Positions 10,926 through 20,453 of a DNA stretch of 64,000 nucleotides are shown in pieces. The notes beneath the pieces are model-generated. The model was not told the DNA's origin, did not search any database, and saw only the letters and a program-made list of their open reading frames with translations. The translations under genes were made by a program, and so were the position numbers. The stretch spans positions 2,208,001-2,272,000 of the forward strand of contig OY970296.1 in NCBI GenBank assembly GCA_963716175.1. The letters run 5' to 3'. How positions within the stretch are numbered: position 1 is the stretch's first letter; each line of letters starts with the position of its first letter. This DNA comes from an uncultured Armatimonadetes bacterium (lineage in GTDB: Bacteria; Armatimonadota; Hebobacteria; Hebobacterales; Hebobacteraceae).

Positions 10926-12592
10926 TTGCCACCCTTGATTTTCTGCTCGGCCATTTGCAGTACGGCCTCCAGGTACCCTCGCAGCACCAGCACCGCCCCA
11001 GGTCGCTTCCGCCCCGGCCGCTCCTCCCCGTGAACCTCGATCTTCCCCACCAATCGCTTCAGCGCGCCCTTCACCTGGTCGACCTGGCCGGCCGCCAGCA
11101 TCCGCGGTAGGTCTGACACCATCCGCCGCACCGTTCCTGGCAGCACGCTCAGCGCGGCTGGCAGGTCGGCGCCTTCCGCTGCAGTGGTCTGCTGGCGCAG
11201 ATAATCGCGTCTCGCCTCCGCGGCCCGCATCTCCTCTTCCAGGTCCTCTACCAGAAGGCCCTTCGCTATCGCCTTCACGAGTTGCTGGATCTCCCCCTCG
11301 ACTCGGGCAAGCTCATCTCGAAGCGCCGTTAGCGATGTCTCGTGTTGGACCTGAGCCGCGCGTGCTTGCTTCCACCGCTGCTGCACCTGCTGAACTAACC
11401 TGTCAAGGAAACCGTCAGTGCAGAACAGATCCTCCAGCTCGTGCAGGATCGCGTGCTCTGCCGCGGCCGCATCCACGGTGACCATGCAGTCGCAGACCAC
11501 CTCGCCCCGGTTCTGCCGAGTGCTGCAGGAGTAGGTGTTCGCCCCGCGCAGCACATAGGTGCCGCCGCACTTGCCGCAGATCAGCAGACCACTCAACAGA
11601 CGCCGATTGCGCCAGTGTGCCGCTGACCGTGACCCCCCTCGCGACCGCTCTTGCTGCCGGGCCTTGGCCGCCTCCCACAGCTCCTGGGGCACGATGCGCA
11701 ACTCCGGCGCCTCCTGGACTACCCACTTCTCCTCGGGCAGGTCTCGCCGCACTTGCGTGGCATCTCGATCCGGGTCTCTCGGCCAGGTGCTGCGGTTCCA
11801 GATCAGCCGACCGACGTACTTCTGGTTGTTGAGGATGCCCAGGCCGTGTTTCGGATTACCGAAGATGGCTCCATGCGACCACGTGCGCCGCACCCCTTGG
11901 CGGTCTCGCCATCTGGCGCCGGGCGGCACTACCCCCTCCGCGTTCAGCAGCGCAGCAATCCGGCGCGTGCTCATCCCGTCAGCATACATGCGGAAGATCC
12001 GCCGGATCACCTCGGCCTCGCCCTCGTGGATGACATAGGCGTGCCCGATCTCCAGGCCGGTCCCGGGTGGGTCGCCAGGTTTGTCTGCGTGCACCGGCCT
12101 CGTGCGATAGCCGTAGGGCGCTCCCCCCGCGTGAAGCCCCGCCAGCACTCTCCCCGCGAGGCCCCGGCGACTGCGGTGGGCGTTCGCCTGGCCTTCGGCC
12201 TCGTTCGTGTAGCTCTTCAGCGCGATGATGGCTTTGGCAGCCTCCGGAGACATGACGGAGTCCATTCCGTCCAGCACCGCGACCAGGCCGATATCCCAGA
12301 ATCGGAGTCGCTCGGTGAGAGAGACCAACTCCGAGGATCGCCGCGCCAATCGGGAGAGCTCATCGACGACGATCACGTCGAACTCGCGTGTCTTCGCAGC
12401 CTTGAGCAGCCGCTGATAGCCGGGGCGTCCCTGGGAGACCATCCCCGGGATCTCGCTGTCCGAGTGGACAGCCACCTCCTGCCAGCCCCGGCGCGCGATC
12501 TCCGCGCGGCACTGGCGCACTTGGTCCTCAATCGAGGACGGCCGCTGGAGGTCGCTGCTATACCTTGCGTAGATTGCCGCTCGCATCGTCAT
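10871..12592 (-). CDS. Large serine recombinase (integrase)
   Basis: AIYARYSS, SRLAR, PYGY, LLSGLLICGKCG zinc ribbon and a coiled coil. The 3' end overlaps tRNA-Glu. Confidence 0.95.
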   Translation of the reverse strand: MTMRAAIYARYSSDLQRPSSIEDQVRQCRAEIARRGWQEVAVHSDSEIPGMVSQGRPGYQRLLKAAKTREFDVIVVDELSRLARRSSELVSLTERLRFWDIGLVAVLDGMDSVMSPEAAKAIIALKSYTNEAEGQANAHRSRRGLAGRVLAGLHAGGAPYGYRTRPVHADKPGDPPGTGLEIGHAYVIHEGEAEVIRRIFRMYADGMSTRRIAALLNAEGVVPPGARWRDRQGVRRTWSHGAIFGNPKHGLGILNNQKYVGRLIWNRSTWPRDPDRDATQVRRDLPEEKWVVQEAPELRIVPQELWEAAKARQQERSRGGSRSAAHWRNRRLLSGLLICGKCGGTYVLRGANTYSCSTRQNRGEVVCDCMVTVDAAAAEHAILHELEDLFCTDGFLDRLVQQVQQRWKQARAAQVQHETSLTALRDELARVEGEIQQLVKAIAKGLLVEDLEEEMRAAEARRDYLRQQTTAAEGADLPAALSVLPGTVRRMVSDLPRMLAAGQVDQVKGALKRLVGKIEVHGEERPGRKRPGAVLVLRGYLEAVLQMAEQKIKGGNSPGGIRTRDLMAENHAS

Positions 12593-12830
12593 CTTCGTTT
12601 GGCTCGGCCGCCGCCTGGCTCAGCAACATGGCCACCACCGCCTCCGCTATGTCCTGGACCAATTGATCCATAACGTCCGCGGGAAGTCCAGCGAGAACCT
12701 CCTCGGGTGGGCGCCTATTCGTGCTGATGTTGCGCGCTTTCACTGGTCTTCCCAAAGGAAAACGCCGAGGAGGCTGCTCCCCGGCGCCTTTCGCCATCAC
12801 ACATTGGTGGCCGCAGGCCGCCCGCGTCAT
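12558..12830 (-). CDS. Small hypothetical protein immediately upstream of the integrase
   Basis: Its 3' end overlaps the integrase start. Helical DQLVQDIAEAVVAMLL segment. Confidence 0.4.
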   Translation of the reverse strand: MTRAACGHQCVMAKGAGEQPPRRFPLGRPVKARNISTNRRPPEEVLAGLPADVMDQLVQDIAEAVVAMLLSQAAAEPNEDDDASGNLRKV

Positions 12831-12898
12831 CGCATCATCTCAGGGCTTGCGCTCTGGGCTCACTCCCGCTGAGCGCGTTCCACTGACTGTTTCCTCCG

Positions 12899-13186
12899 TC
12901 ACTCTCGCCTGCTCAGGCCGCCTCGCCCCGCTTTCGCCATTCGTGCCCGCTTCATGTTCTTCACCAACCATCTTCTGGCGGCGGCGTCGATCGTGCCCTT
13001 GACCCCCAGCAGCAGGTGCTCGTCATTCCCGAAGTGGTAATCCATCTCGGGGGTCACGATCATCTGCACCCCGCCCTCCTCGAGCGCGTCGTAGATCTCG
13101 TAGAAGGCGCCTTCCTTCCTGGCGAGTCTGTTTGTGTCGAGCAAATCGCGCACCGCGTCTGCTTCTCGTCGCTTATTTCCCCACAC
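12899..13186 (-). pseudogene. Serine recombinase catalytic-domain fragment
   Basis: DTNRLAR...YDALEEGGV...LLLGVKGTI...KRARMAKAGRG resembles the DRLAR/helix-E region of a resolvase. The N-terminal YxRxS is absent. Confidence 0.5.
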
Positions 13187-13257
13187 TTTCTGGCCCCGGC
13201 CGGTCGGGTGTGCGGGGACCTGCCGACCGGGGCCGAATCTGATCTGGCGCGCCTGGT

Positions 13258-14112
13258 CTAGACCTCGCCTACGGCCTTCGCCAACTCAGACCGAGTGAGC
13301 GTGGTGGTGTAGATGCAACGGATTTCGGTGTTGTCCTCGGGCATTACCTCGCGCCAGAGTTCGCGGTCTCCCTGACTCACCAAGTCCGCCAGCGCGCTTG
13401 CAACGCCTTTGCGGGCCCACTTGCTGTGCCGTTCCTCTGCTGCCAGGAACCCGCCCTCAACCATATCATCGAGGAGCTCGTCCACATCGATATCCCGCAC
13501 CTCATCGAGTAGGGTTTTGCTGATTGACCTTCCTTCAGGGTCCATCCGCCCCGCCAGGATCGCCACCGCTTTGTCGAATGGAACCTTCTCGATTAGCTCC
13601 ACGAATCGAAACACATCACCCCCGGTCTTGCAGGCGGAGCAATACCAGAGGCCGGTCTCGGGGTCAACCTGGAACAGAGAGGGAATGTCCTGCGGACAGA
13701 AGGGGCAGAGGCCGCTCAGGCGTCGCCCGGTCTTGCGCAGCTGGACGTGAGTCGAGATGAGGTCGACGATGTCCGTGCGTTCACGGATCGCCTCCAGGTC
13801 TCGAGCTGAACCGGGTCTGCGATCCGAATCGGCGTCGGTGCAGGGGCAGCTCGAGAGGTGGAGCACTGCCTCCCGCGATCCCACGGCCCGGCCGACTGCC
13901 GCGATAAGGCGCTCCACCCAGGCCTGCGCTGTCTCGACTGTGAGAATGGCCGTGGCGAGCCCACCCCCTTCTATCTCCATCACGACATACACGCCGGCGG
14001 CCTGGTCTGGCGCTCGTGTGTCTCCCGGCCATGGTGAGGCGGGGTCGGCCAGGGGTATGGCCGTCATCCTGATCTCTTCCGTGCGCTCATAGTCCTTCTG
14101 GAACCACGCCAT
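13258..14112 (-). CDS. CHC2 zinc-finger (DnaG ZBD-like) domain protein
   Basis: IRERTDIVDLI...LRKTG...GLCPFC...WYCSACKTGGDVFRFV...FDKAV. No TOPRIM domain. Confidence 0.8.
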   Translation of the reverse strand: MAWFQKDYERTEEIRMTAIPLADPASPWPGDTRAPDQAAGVYVVMEIEGGGLATAILTVETAQAWVERLIAAVGRAVGSREAVLHLSSCPCTDADSDRRPGSARDLEAIRERTDIVDLISTHVQLRKTGRRLSGLCPFCPQDIPSLFQVDPETGLWYCSACKTGGDVFRFVELIEKVPFDKAVAILAGRMDPEGRSISKTLLDEVRDIDVDELLDDMVEGGFLAAEERHSKWARKGVASALADLVSQGDRELWREVMPEDNTEIRCIYTTTLTRSELAKAVGEV

Positions 14113-14537
14113 GCTATCGCTCCTTCCCGTAGGGTCGGGGCCGGCAGCCCCGCCGTATGCTCTCCGTTGACCGTTCCCTCCGCCACTCTCGCCTGCTGAG
14201 GCCGCCTCGCTCGGCCTTCACCGGCGATTCGCGACGACGCCGCGCTCGGTTTAGGGCCAGCTGCAGCGTAGGGCCGGGCAGATACCCATTGGTGTGCAAG
14301 TATTCACCCACATAGTTGATGTCATCGTCGGCACACGACCGACCATAGACACCCAGGTTGAGGTCTGATGCCTTACCGCGAACCACGCGTGGTTCGTACA
14401 CTGATATTGCTCCCGTCGTGCCTCACGAGGAGGCCGCGTCTGCAGATTGACCGCTCCGCGACAAGGCCGGTTATGAGAAGCGAAGGTCCTTCGTATTGGC
14501 GGCGCCCAGACTACGCTCATCGCCTCTGCCTTCGGGC

Positions 14538-14708
14538 CTATCCCTCGTCGGCCCACCTCTCGCGCTGTAGCCGGTTCACTTCGGTTGCCGGGATCGCGCG
14601 CTGCCGTCCGATCCGCACGAATCGGACTCGACCCGACGCCGACCACCGTCTGATCGTTGCCGGGTGCACACAGAGTCGTTCGGCCGCCTGTTTCGTAGAA
14701 AGCAGCAT
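14538..14708 (-). CDS. Excisionase-family HTH protein
   Basis: MLLSTKQAAERLCVHPATIRRWSASG...RIGRQRAIP..EV. Confidence 0.8.
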   Translation of the reverse strand: MLLSTKQAAERLCVHPATIRRWSASGRVRFVRIGRQRAIPATEVNRLQRERWADEG

Positions 14709-14854
14709 CCTACGCCCTTTCTCGGTGCTTGCGTGTAACCGTGCACTGGTTATAGAATTGGGGCGCAAAGCGCGTGTGCGCTTGCGCGCATCAGACATCG
14801 GTCAAGTACCTCGGCGGCAGCGGCGTACCAGTGCCAGATTTCATAAGCACGAAA

Positions 14855-15793
14855 ATGACACCCCTTCCCGCAGCAAGGAAGCCTGACGCGTATCGTAAGG
14901 TGCGGCAGAGCTATGAACGCAGGTACGGTGTGCGCTTCAGCGACGAGCAGTGGCTTGTAGTCGTCGACGAAGCGATGTCCATGTCGGGCCCGTCCACCAG
15001 ATCAGACGCTTATCTGCTACGCCTTCACCAGACGGCTGATTCGTACGCGAAGTTCCTGAGCCTCGGGACCCGCAAAGCGAAGGGCCGTCGCAAGCGGAAA
15101 ACCGTGAAAGGGAAGAAGCGAGGCCCGTATGCTCGACCGCTGCTCGAACGCATCGACTTGGTGCTGCACGTGAACGGGTGCAGGAGTATGGCCAGGCAAC
15201 TGGGGATTCGATGGCTCTGGCGGGACTTCGCAGAGGCACACTGGAAACAGACAGGTAAAGAGGAGAGCCCCGGCGTGCTGAGACGTCGCCACCAATCTGC
15301 GAAGAAGCGGCTCTACACCGCCGTGCCTGTCAACCTACGCTGGCTGCTATGGCCCGAGCACAGGGCCGAGTTGCTGAGACTCCTGGGCGTGCGCAACCTC
15401 AAGGCCTTGGCTGAAGAGCAGGAGAGGCCGACCGAGTGGGTGCGTGGACTTGAGGCGCGGCTTGCTGCGGACCAGGCCCATGTGAAATCAGTTCCTGCTG
15501 CGCGGCGCGAGCGTACCCGTACCCTACTCGAGAAACAGCACGCGCGGGCCATTGCTTTCACCAAGGCCCAGGGTCTCAAGCCCTACCATCTGCCAACTGC
15601 GTGGGAGCCGAAACTCAAGGCTCAGCACGACGCCGACCTTGTTTACCTGAGATCCCTGCCGCCCGTCGACCCCAAGCAGAGGAAGGCAGACCGCCAGGCT
15701 CGGACTGCCAGAGCCGCTGCCGCCCGCAAGCGCTTGAAGAAGCAGCTGTGCGAAGAAGACCTCGCCTATCTGAGATCCATCTCTCGAGAGTAG
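14855..15793 (+). CDS. Basic hypothetical protein, divergent from the excisionase
   Basis: Long K/R-rich ORF with an internal repeat DLVYLRSL/DLAYLRSI. Start uncertain. Confidence 0.5.
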   Translation: MTPLPAARKPDAYRKVRQSYERRYGVRFSDEQWLVVVDEAMSMSGPSTRSDAYLLRLHQTADSYAKFLSLGTRKAKGRRKRKTVKGKKRGPYARPLLERIDLVLHVNGCRSMARQLGIRWLWRDFAEAHWKQTGKEESPGVLRRRHQSAKKRLYTAVPVNLRWLLWPEHRAELLRLLGVRNLKALAEEQERPTEWVRGLEARLAADQAHVKSVPAARRERTRTLLEKQHARAIAFTKAQGLKPYHLPTAWEPKLKAQHDADLVYLRSLPPVDPKQRKADRQARTARAAAARKRLKKQLCEEDLAYLRSISRE

Positions 15794-16001
15794 ATCGCCC
15801 TACGGCGCAGGGTCTACTTGGCCGAGCGAGCCACCTCCCGATTGCGCCCGCCCGGCTGGCTGGAAGTCTTGCCGAACCCCGTGGATCACCCTTCCATCTT
15901 CCTCCCGAATGGCCGCGCGAGCACCAAGCTCTCGTTCTGCTGTACCATCAGCGGTTCGATAGCCACCACACCTTGCACAAGCCAGCGGGCGGTGGATCAG
16001 T

Positions 16002-16030
16002 TTGACGAGGAGGCCACCGCGTGGTAATCT
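16002..16030 (+). promoter_or_regulatory. Sigma70-type promoter
   Basis: TTGACG-17 bp-TAATCT with an extended TG. Confidence 0.5.
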
Positions 16031-16117
16031 TCCGCTGGCGAGGGGGGATGGCTAAGGTGGGGTGTCTAGGGGTGAACAGAGATACCCACGCCTCTCGACA
16101 AGCTCACCGTCGGTCAT

Positions 16118-16552
16118 GTGGGGCAGTTCATCGCAGCCGAGAAGACTGCTGACCTCGCTTCTGCGATCCGTCGGGGACGCGGAGGCAGGTGGTGTCCACG
16201 CGTTCCGATACTTGGCGCGAGAGTTGCTCAGTACCGCGCGGAGTTACTCCTTGTTCTTGATCCCGGCGATGTCTGCGAGAGTTCATGCAGGATTGTGTTC
16301 GCGGGAACTATAGAACGTGTTCGGGCTGTGAATTGGAAGGAAAGCTATCCCAGTGCTCTTGACCCCTCGGTATTCTGCTCCGGCTGGCATGAGCATAGGT
16401 GGGACCCGGTCAATCGCGACCGGAATCATTATCCCGTTCCCGATCTCCAGGAGCCCAGGTCTTTCCGTGAGGTTTTGCAGTGGGCACAACTACAATGGGG
16501 CCTCGAGATCAGCGGGTTATACTTGATACCCCAGTCACTTATGAAAGGCTGA
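16118..16552 (+). CDS. Hypothetical protein (DUF6978-like)
   Basis: RVRAVNW...GWHEHRW motif, located directly upstream of a DUF1828-like gene. Confidence 0.5.
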   Translation: MGQFIAAEKTADLASAIRRGRGGRWCPRVPILGARVAQYRAELLLVLDPGDVCESSCRIVFAGTIERVRAVNWKESYPSALDPSVFCSGWHEHRWDPVNRDRNHYPVPDLQEPRSFREVLQWAQLQWGLEISGLYLIPQSLMKG

Positions 16553-16554
16553 AA

Positions 16555-17400
16555 ATGGATATCATGGAGGAAGCTAAGGGTCTGTGTGAGGACCTACGCA
16601 GAGTGTACGAGAATCGCGTGCGGGTTGTTGTCCGGCCAGACGGCAAGCACGTCGTGACCGTCCCTCACTCTACGCTGGAAGGAGGCGATACTTCGCTGTT
16701 TGTGGATGCCGTGGACGGCTTACTGTTCCTGCACGATAACGCGCGAACTGCTGTGTTCCTGGAATCTCTTGGTGTTGATCCGCGGGCCAGCGGCCGTAGA
16801 ACCCATATTGAGACCTTGGCCCGCGAGCGTGGTTGCGAATACAGAGTCGGACGGCTTCAAGTCCTCGTGCGAGCAACCAAGGATCGAGCTTCGTCTGCGG
16901 CGGGCCTTGCAGACCTGATCAAGACCGTGTCCGACCTAGGGCTCCAGTCCAGGCCCAAGCCGATTCAAGATCGGGCACTGGTGAGTCGAGTCAGGAAGAG
17001 GTTGTCCGAATGGTATCCTCCGACCACTCGGACTGCGGTGCATGCTCCTTATCGGGTACGTGGAGAAGTGGCGGAGCATACAGTGGAGTTCGCTGTCGCA
17101 AGAGGTGGGCGTTGGTGCGCCGTGAAGCCCGTTCAGGGCAGACAAATGGTAATGCAGGCCGCGAGCTGGCTGGGTACATGGCGGGATATCTGGTTAGGGC
17201 GCTCATCTGAGGCGAACGGAAATGGCCTCGTGGGAGCTGTCAGTATCTATCCGACCGCGGATGTGTCAACGACAGAAGTTGATGTCGTTAAAGACATCTT
17301 AGGAAGGTTTGGCAGCGAACACATTCCTGTTGCGGAGGAAAGCTCGCAGGGCGTACACGATGCCATTGAATCGGTGCTGCGGGTCGGCATGCTACAGTGA
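16555..17400 (+). CDS. DUF1828-like protein with a possible degenerate restriction-endonuclease fold
   Basis: VTVPH..LEGGDTSLFV...LFLHDNART and C-terminal VRGEVAEHTVEFAV. Confidence 0.55.
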   Translation: MDIMEEAKGLCEDLRRVYENRVRVVVRPDGKHVVTVPHSTLEGGDTSLFVDAVDGLLFLHDNARTAVFLESLGVDPRASGRRTHIETLARERGCEYRVGRLQVLVRATKDRASSAAGLADLIKTVSDLGLQSRPKPIQDRALVSRVRKRLSEWYPPTTRTAVHAPYRVRGEVAEHTVEFAVARGGRWCAVKPVQGRQMVMQAASWLGTWRDIWLGRSSEANGNGLVGAVSIYPTADVSTTEVDVVKDILGRFGSEHIPVAEESSQGVHDAIESVLRVGMLQ

Positions 17401-17439
17401 ATGCTGGACGGCCGATGGTGTCTGTGGTATCGTACTGTT

Positions 17440-17694
17440 ATGCCTAAACGCTCAAGCAAGCACAAGCAGGGACCTGAGGACGTGAACGAGATCGCCTTCC
17501 GGGTGACGCAGAGGGCGGCGGGGGAAGCACCGCAGGAAGCGTCAAGTGGGAAGAACCCCGCGGCAGTCGCACTCGGCAAGCTCGGCGGCGCGAAGGGCGG
17601 CAAGGCGCGGGCCGCTAGACTCAGTGCGGATCAAAGGAGAAGTATTGCAGTGAGAGCCGCGCGCATTCGCTGGGGAGAGTCTCGTGAAGCCTAA
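17440..17694 (+). CDS. Small basic protein of the 'KNPAAVALG-GG-KGG' type
   Basis: PEDVNEIA...KNPAAVALGKLGGAKGGKARAARLS..QRRSIA..AA.IRW. A TGGTATCGT -10 box sits just before the ATG (leaderless). Confidence 0.75.
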   Translation: MPKRSSKHKQGPEDVNEIAFRVTQRAAGEAPQEASSGKNPAAVALGKLGGAKGGKARAARLSADQRRSIAVRAARIRWGESREA

Positions 17695-17930
17695 CCCTGC
17701 GACTGCTTGATTGCAGCCAACTTGTCCTTGTCTATAAGGTTGTTTGCTTTTCCTTGCATGATAATGTAAGGCTGCATGAGCGGGTTCATGAACCGAAATC
17801 TGTAGCGGTAAGCGGTCCCGGTCTTTTGTAACACAGGTCCTCTCTCACTCCCGCAGAAGTCATTCAGGTGGCGCGAGAAGCTGGCAATTCCATAGCTTTT
17901 CGCCATGACAGTACTTGACCTTGCTTCCCA
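17691..17930 (-). pseudogene. C-terminal fragment of an AAA/ORC-type ATPase
   Basis: FSRHLNDFC...GPVLQKTG..YRFRFMNPLMQPY. No upstream portion present. Confidence 0.4.
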
Positions 17931-18020
17931 GGCGATTCGCCCGTACACTTGGCGCGATCTTGCTCCCGCCTGTGTATCTTGAGGTAGTCATTCCAGGCCA
18001 AAGCGATAACGACTACGGCG

Positions 18021-18836
18021 ATGATGCACATACTGACCACGAAGGCGGCAACCGTTATGTCAATGACTCGACCATCAAGCTTGTCGCCCATTGATACTGC
18101 GGCAAGGGCGCAGACCGTCTGGTTTGTCGTGGAGACTGTCCTTCTCCTGGCGACAGTCGTGGTGTCCGTGTTGGTGTGGCGGTCCACCAACCGATACCAG
18201 GATCTTGTGAGGCGCGAGGCTGATGCCCGGATTGCAGAAGCTACCCTTGGAGCGGCCCAAGCGAACGAAAGGGCCAAGGCCCTAGAGGCCAGCAACCTCA
18301 TCCTGCGCAAGGACGTGAATGAGGCAAGCGCCAAAGTCGCCAGCGCCCAACGGGACGCCGCAGATGCGCAGAAAGCTGCTGCCGAAGCAATAACACGCCA
18401 GCAGAGGGTCGAGATCTTGCTGGCCAGACAGCAGGAGCGCGCAGCAAGAGCAGAAGCGGAACTGGCGAAACTACAGCCTCGCTTCCTCTCTAGTAGGCAG
18501 CGCGGCCTCTTGCTAGAGGCCTTGACGGCCTCCCGCAAAGGCCCGGTAGAAGTCTTCTGCCTCGTCAATGATGCCGACGGGGAGCAGTACGCAACACAGA
18601 TCAAGGAGGCGCTACTAACATCCGGATGGCCGACCGCTGGCGTCACTATGGCGAGGCTGATACCCGGACCGCCTCCAGGTCTCTCCATCGCCGTACGTGA
18701 CAGGGCGTCTCTGCCGCCCCACGCCCAGAGTCTGCTGCACGCGTTGGCCACCGCAGGACTTCGTACGAACTTGGACGAGGAGCCTGATGTACCCGCAGGA
18801 GTGGTTAGAGTGATCGTTGGCCACAAGCCGCAATGA
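18021..18836 (+). CDS. Single-pass membrane coiled-coil hypothetical protein
   Basis: One TM segment, an A/E/Q-rich coiled coil, and C-terminal PRFLS...VIVGHKP. Confidence 0.6.
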   Translation: MMHILTTKAATVMSMTRPSSLSPIDTAARAQTVWFVVETVLLLATVVVSVLVWRSTNRYQDLVRREADARIAEATLGAAQANERAKALEASNLILRKDVNEASAKVASAQRDAADAQKAAAEAITRQQRVEILLARQQERAARAEAELAKLQPRFLSSRQRGLLLEALTASRKGPVEVFCLVNDADGEQYATQIKEALLTSGWPTAGVTMARLIPGPPPGLSIAVRDRASLPPHAQSLLHALATAGLRTNLDEEPDVPAGVVRVIVGHKPQ

Positions 18837-18900
18837 GCGCGTGTCTCTATTCTCAGCGCCTTCCCCCTCATCTTAGGACACCACCAGCCAGCGAGGGGCC

Positions 18901-18928
18901 TTTACGGCCGCGCGTTTCGTGGTATACT
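18901..18928 (+). promoter_or_regulatory. Promoter of the ParB-MTase-terminase operon
   Basis: TTTACG...CGTGG-TATACT. Confidence 0.55.
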
Positions 18929-19075
18929 CTGAGCGGACAGTAAGGCCCCTGGCCCTGGTGGGTTTGGGGTGAAGAGCTGGCGGATATCAGCCGGCGTCTG
19001 ATGCGAGATAGGAAGGGACGCCTTCCAAATCTGGCACCAGGGGCCGGCTTCGTCTTTCTGCCAGGAGATATCGAA

Positions 19076-19708
19076 ATGGACCAGTCGCCAGGACGCGCAA
19101 CGACCGAGACCGCCAGAGAAGTGGAAGTCGTCTATGCCTCCGGCATTCCTGTGCATTGCGCGCATGATCAGATCGCCGATGTCGATGTACTCGTCCCCAA
19201 TCCGCGCAACCCCAACCGTCACTCGGACGAACAGATTCGCCTGCTGGCGAAGATCATCAAGCACCAAGGCTGGCGGGCCCCAATCACGGTCTCGAACCGC
19301 TCCGGCTTCATCGTCCGCGGCCACGGGCGCCTGACAGCGGCCAAGCTGCTGGGTGTTGACCTCGTGCCCGTGGACCGCCAGGACTACGCCACCGAAGCGG
19401 AGGAGTGGGCCGATCTCATCGCCGATAACCGACTCTCGGAGCTCAACGAGATGGACGGCGCCAGCCTCACGGAGTTGCTCCGGGAACTCGATGCCGGGAT
19501 GCTGGCGGTCCTGGGCGCGGACATGGAGTTGACCGGCTTCACGGAGGCCGCTCTGGCTGAGGTGATGAGCCAGCTCCAGCCGGAGGAGGAGCTGGAGGAG
19601 GTGGAGGCCCCGGAGCCGCCTGCCCAGCCGGTAACGCGGCCGGGCGATCTCTGGCTGCTGGGTCGGGTCGTGCAGTGTCCTCGTTGCGGGAGGCTGACTG
19701 ATGTCTGA
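19076..19708 (+). CDS. ParB/Srx N-terminal domain protein ending in a CxxC motif
   Basis: PNPRNPN.H, GWRAPI, IVRGHGRL, ADNRL, then PVTRPGDLWLLGR followed by VVQCPRCG. Confidence 0.88.
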   Translation: MDQSPGRATTETAREVEVVYASGIPVHCAHDQIADVDVLVPNPRNPNRHSDEQIRLLAKIIKHQGWRAPITVSNRSGFIVRGHGRLTAAKLLGVDLVPVDRQDYATEAEEWADLIADNRLSELNEMDGASLTELLRELDAGMLAVLGADMELTGFTEAALAEVMSQLQPEEELEEVEAPEPPAQPVTRPGDLWLLGRVVQCPRCGRLTDV

Positions 19709-20453
19709 ATGCGTCTGTCAGCACTGCCGACATCGATTCGAAGCGGAGCCGAAGGTGAAGCATCGCGTCCTCTGCGGCGATGCCACCAGTGACGCGGATC
19801 TCGCGACGCTGACTTCCGGCGAAGCCTGTCAGTTGCTGACGACAGATCCGCCATACAACGTGGGCATGGACTACCGCGAGGAGACGGACGATGACAAGAG
19901 CGGGGAGTCCTATCGGGAGTTCACACAGCAGTGGTTTGAGGCGACGCGTGCCCTCACCGAAAGGCAGATCGTGACCCCCGGCTGCAACAACCTGGCGATG
20001 TGGCTCCGGCTCTACGGCCCCTACCACGTGGCGCCGTGGACGAAGACCAACGCCATGACCAACGGCAAGGTCTCCCGTTTCTGGTGCTGGGAGCCGATCC
20101 TGTTCTTCGGGGAGAAGTGGCCACGAACACGGCCCAACGACGTTTTCGACTTCCCGGCTGGCACCCACAAAGATACCGGAGGGCATCCCTGCCCCAAGCC
20201 TCTGAGGATGTGGGCCGATCTGCTGACCCACTATGCAGCTGAGGGGGGAACCGTCCTGGAGCCATTCCTGGGCAGCGGCACGACCTTGGTAGCGGCCGAG
20301 CAGGTGGGCCGGAGGTGCATGGGCCTGGACATCTCGCCGGCCTATGTGGATGTCGCACTGATACGCTGGATGAAGCTCACCACCAAGCAGCCGATCCTTG
20401 CGGCCACCGGCCAGACCTTCGAGGAGGTGCACGATGAGCGAAGCAGTTCCTGA
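19701..20453 (+). CDS. N4/N6 DNA methyltransferase (beta class), copy 1
   Basis: HRVLCGD, TDPPYN, HPCPKP, VLEPFLGSGTT, with N-terminal CVCQHC. Confidence 0.9.
   Translation: MSECVCQHCRHRFEAEPKVKHRVLCGDATSDADLATLTSGEACQLLTTDPPYNVGMDYREETDDDKSGESYREFTQQWFEATRALTERQIVTPGCNNLAMWLRLYGPYHVAPWTKTNAMTNGKVSRFWCWEPILFFGEKWPRTRPNDVFDFPAGTHKDTGGHPCPKPLRMWADLLTHYAAEGGTVLEPFLGSGTTLVAAEQVGRRCMGLDISPAYVDVALIRWMKLTTKQPILAATGQTFEEVHDERSSS

Noticed and set aside
10900-10930. Duplicated tRNA-Glu 3' end (attR) elsewhere in the window
   Set aside because: None found by eye beyond short GCCGGGGC matches expected by chance, so the island's distal boundary is not called.
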